A model generated the notes under the pieces. The model was not told the origin of the DNA, made no database searches, and saw only the letters and a program-made list of their open reading frames with translations. Shown here piece after piece: positions 61,901 to 64,000 of a stretch of 64,000 bases of DNA. This DNA is from Antedon mediterranea. Lineage: Eukaryota > Animalia > Echinodermata. Location: assembly GCF_964355755.1 (NCBI RefSeq), contig NC_092670.1:19268795-19332794 (forward strand), in the 5' to 3' direction. Position numbers and translations under genes: made by a program. How positions within the stretch are numbered: the first letter of the stretch is position 1; each line of letters starts with the position of its first letter.

Positions 61901-63967
61901 TGCGTACTATTGCACGTCATGTGACCCACAATCGTCCACTCAAATGACAGGAATTTATTTAGGTGTTATAATATCATAATATAATAATAATATAATATCA
62001 TGAGCTGTAATATAATTACGGTAATAATCTGTTTATATTACATAGCCTATGTAAATACGCGAACGTGATTGGTTGAAACTGCATCACATGACTACCGCTG
62101 CGAGGATCGTAAATCGTATATATCCTCGAGAACGATGATATTGACTGTGTAATTTTCGCGTAATAATCGTGTCCCCTGTCATTAATCATATAAATTCTCG
62201 AGTACGATGATATTGACTGTGTAATTTTCGTGTGCAACACTCGAGTTTGCCGATAAATAAACAAAAGTCATCTACTCGATCTTGAACTCGGGTGGAATTG
62301 TCACTCCATCGCAAGACAATGTTTCATCCGCTGGGCCACGGAATTTGCTTGAAGAAATTAATCTTCTAAACTATTTAAGCTATGCATACATAGCGCCCTC
62401 ATTTGTTATAAGTCCACCCTAAATGTGATGAAACACCGTTTGTGATTGGTCAATACTCACGGTAGTAACCTAGTAACTAGTACGCGCTGAACATCCAGTG
62501 ATTCGGCTCCTCGAAGATCGAGAGAAGACAAATTGTTTATTCGGCCTACCTGATTATAATATTATTATTAATAGGCTTATTGATGGAAATTCTTCTGTTA
62601 ATTTAAACGACCTAGGCCTAAGTGAATATTTTATTGCCAAGGAATCATTAATTAGTAATTATCTGTATATTATTCTTCGCAAGGTAAGGTGTCTAGGCAG
62701 GCTTGTTTTAAATACAATACAAATACTATAGGAGGCCTAGCCTAGCTTCACCCAACCCAGCAGACTTGTTCTTGGCTATATAATATAACAGATATTGCCT
62801 TTTATATATCGGTTAAATATAAGATTTGACATCCCCTCGGGAATGATATTAAGTTCTCGGGGAATATATATTCCCTCGAACTTAATATCATTCCCTCGGG
62901 GATGTCAAATCTTATATTTAACCTCTAAGCAGTCAATATCTGTATAATAGTTAATGTGGTTATAATGGGCTGTATGTTATGTAATCTAATGTAGTCATTT
63001 TTATATTCTGATACTGAATTAACATTTTGAGAAATTAACCACAAGATTTATAGGATACTAAACATACTTTAGTTATATTCAAAGATACTATATTGATTAA
63101 ATGCTGTAGTAAACCTATTCATAACTAAACTATGTAAATATACGTTCCATTTTACAATGGATCAACAATACAGGTAATAAGTAGGTTGAGCTGTTGAAGA
63201 AGCAATCTATAATCTACAGCACTAGTAATAGATCATGTTAATATCTACTAAAGCATTTATAGCAGTCTGTCGGTGCATGTGTGTGGTAGTCATACAGACT
63301 CTGTGATAATAATTAGTCAACTCAGTATGTTTGTTATGCAGGAATTAATAATAAACTTCTCTTACATGATCTAAATGCATTGGAAAACATGCTACTACGG
63401 TATGATAGGGAATATTTACTGTATGAAAATTGTTACAAGTGACAAAAAAAATGATTGTGATGTGCCCATGTTATAGACATGATGTCATATCACTACCATA
63501 TTTGGGCACATCAAACATGTTTTGTCAAACCAGTTTGATAGTGTAGATAGAGCTTAAAAATAGTATTGATGTAGCAAAACAGAATCATATGAACAGTATT
63601 TAAATAATAAATGTTTATATGGGGATTATATTATAATATTTCAGTTGATAACAAATTGATCAACCATGGTGCAGATATCCCTACCCCTCCCACTCAATGA
63701 ATAAACATTAATTATTATTATTTGTTTTATAACACACCAACTGTCAATCTAATAACTGTTTCCATTTAAATAAATGTCTACAAAATATGTAAACAGTGTG
63801 CTCTTTTGTTTAGTAATTACAATAATCACCATTGCAATTCATCAAAATGTAAGTGTCATTGATTTTAAACATGGCAGTCCTACCTCTTTTTCTGCTTCGT
63901 CATTAACATTGTCATTTGCAACGTCTTGTCCGGCAACGTTGCGTTGTCGTTCACGGTCAATAGCATC
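55924..63967 (-). CDS. C8orf33: UPF0488 / C8orf33-like protein (5'-partial)
   Basis: Exons (minus) 63967-63884, 57311-57221, 57067-56933, 56486-55924, phase-consistent. ELCWCIQQLEHGLASAKPTSKQ and VRTLKSHKAPMVKKRQVMRMTFGDYRKKM match the conserved UPF0488 core; C-terminal FKFNF motif. The 63967-63884 exon is supported by splice sites and frame only. Confidence 0.82.
61076..61972. mobile_element. Crypton-like non-autonomous element: terminal 117-bp hairpin plus inverted repeats
   Basis: Hairpin 61104-61220 centred on GAGGCAACGCCGAG. Inverted repeat 61249-61279 (tataacatctaaatagattcctgtcatttga) pairs with 61940-61970. A second copy of the right end is at ~59745-59838. Confidence 0.65.
62020..62948. 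mobile_element. Second Crypton-like element with the mirror layout (IR-internal-IR-hairpin)
   Basis: IR 62020-62047 pairs with 62774-62799; 113-bp hairpin 62811-62923; terminal caatatctgtataata; internal direct repeat ctcgag.acgatgatattgactgtgtaattttcg x2. Confidence 0.6.
63450..63556 (-). mobile_element. MITE family A copy (reverse orientation)
   Basis: atatcactaccatatttgggcacatca...gtttgatagtgtagatagagctt. Confidence 0.7.
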
Positions 63968-64000
63968 CTATAACAAATCATTATATTTAGTTTACTGTAT

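Overview
AT-rich, intron-rich animal genomic DNA. It is probably an invertebrate deuterostome such as an echinoderm, which is an inference from gene style, repeat types and TAGGCCTA enrichment. Five spliced protein-coding genes were rebuilt by hand with consistent intron phases. (1) A kinesin-8/KIF19-like gene (+), 5' end outside the window. (2) A secreted 925-aa mosaic protease, SP-VWD-C8-TIL-E-PAN-MAM-trypsin (+, 18 exons, one GC-AG intron, one 24-nt microexon). (3) PICK1 (-, 9 exons, 412 aa). (4) A MOLO-1/TPM-like single-pass membrane protein (-, 4 exons, 266 aa). (5) A UPF0488/C8orf33-like gene (-), 5' end outside the window. The most striking non-coding structure is a ~9.3-kb foldback-type element (28844-38130), inserted 77 bp upstream of the PICK1 start codon. 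It has degenerate TIRs, an exact 7-bp TSD, two oppositely oriented arrays of a palindromic 101-bp satellite, inner inverted 15-bp arrays and a nested 35-bp TIR-only hairpin. A second hairpin satellite fills the gap between the convergent protease and PICK1 3' ends. Many non-autonomous TEs (Helentron-like, Harbinger-, hAT-, Kolobok- and Crypton-like, and a SINE) are scattered through the introns. Family labels come from motif recognition; no database search was run.
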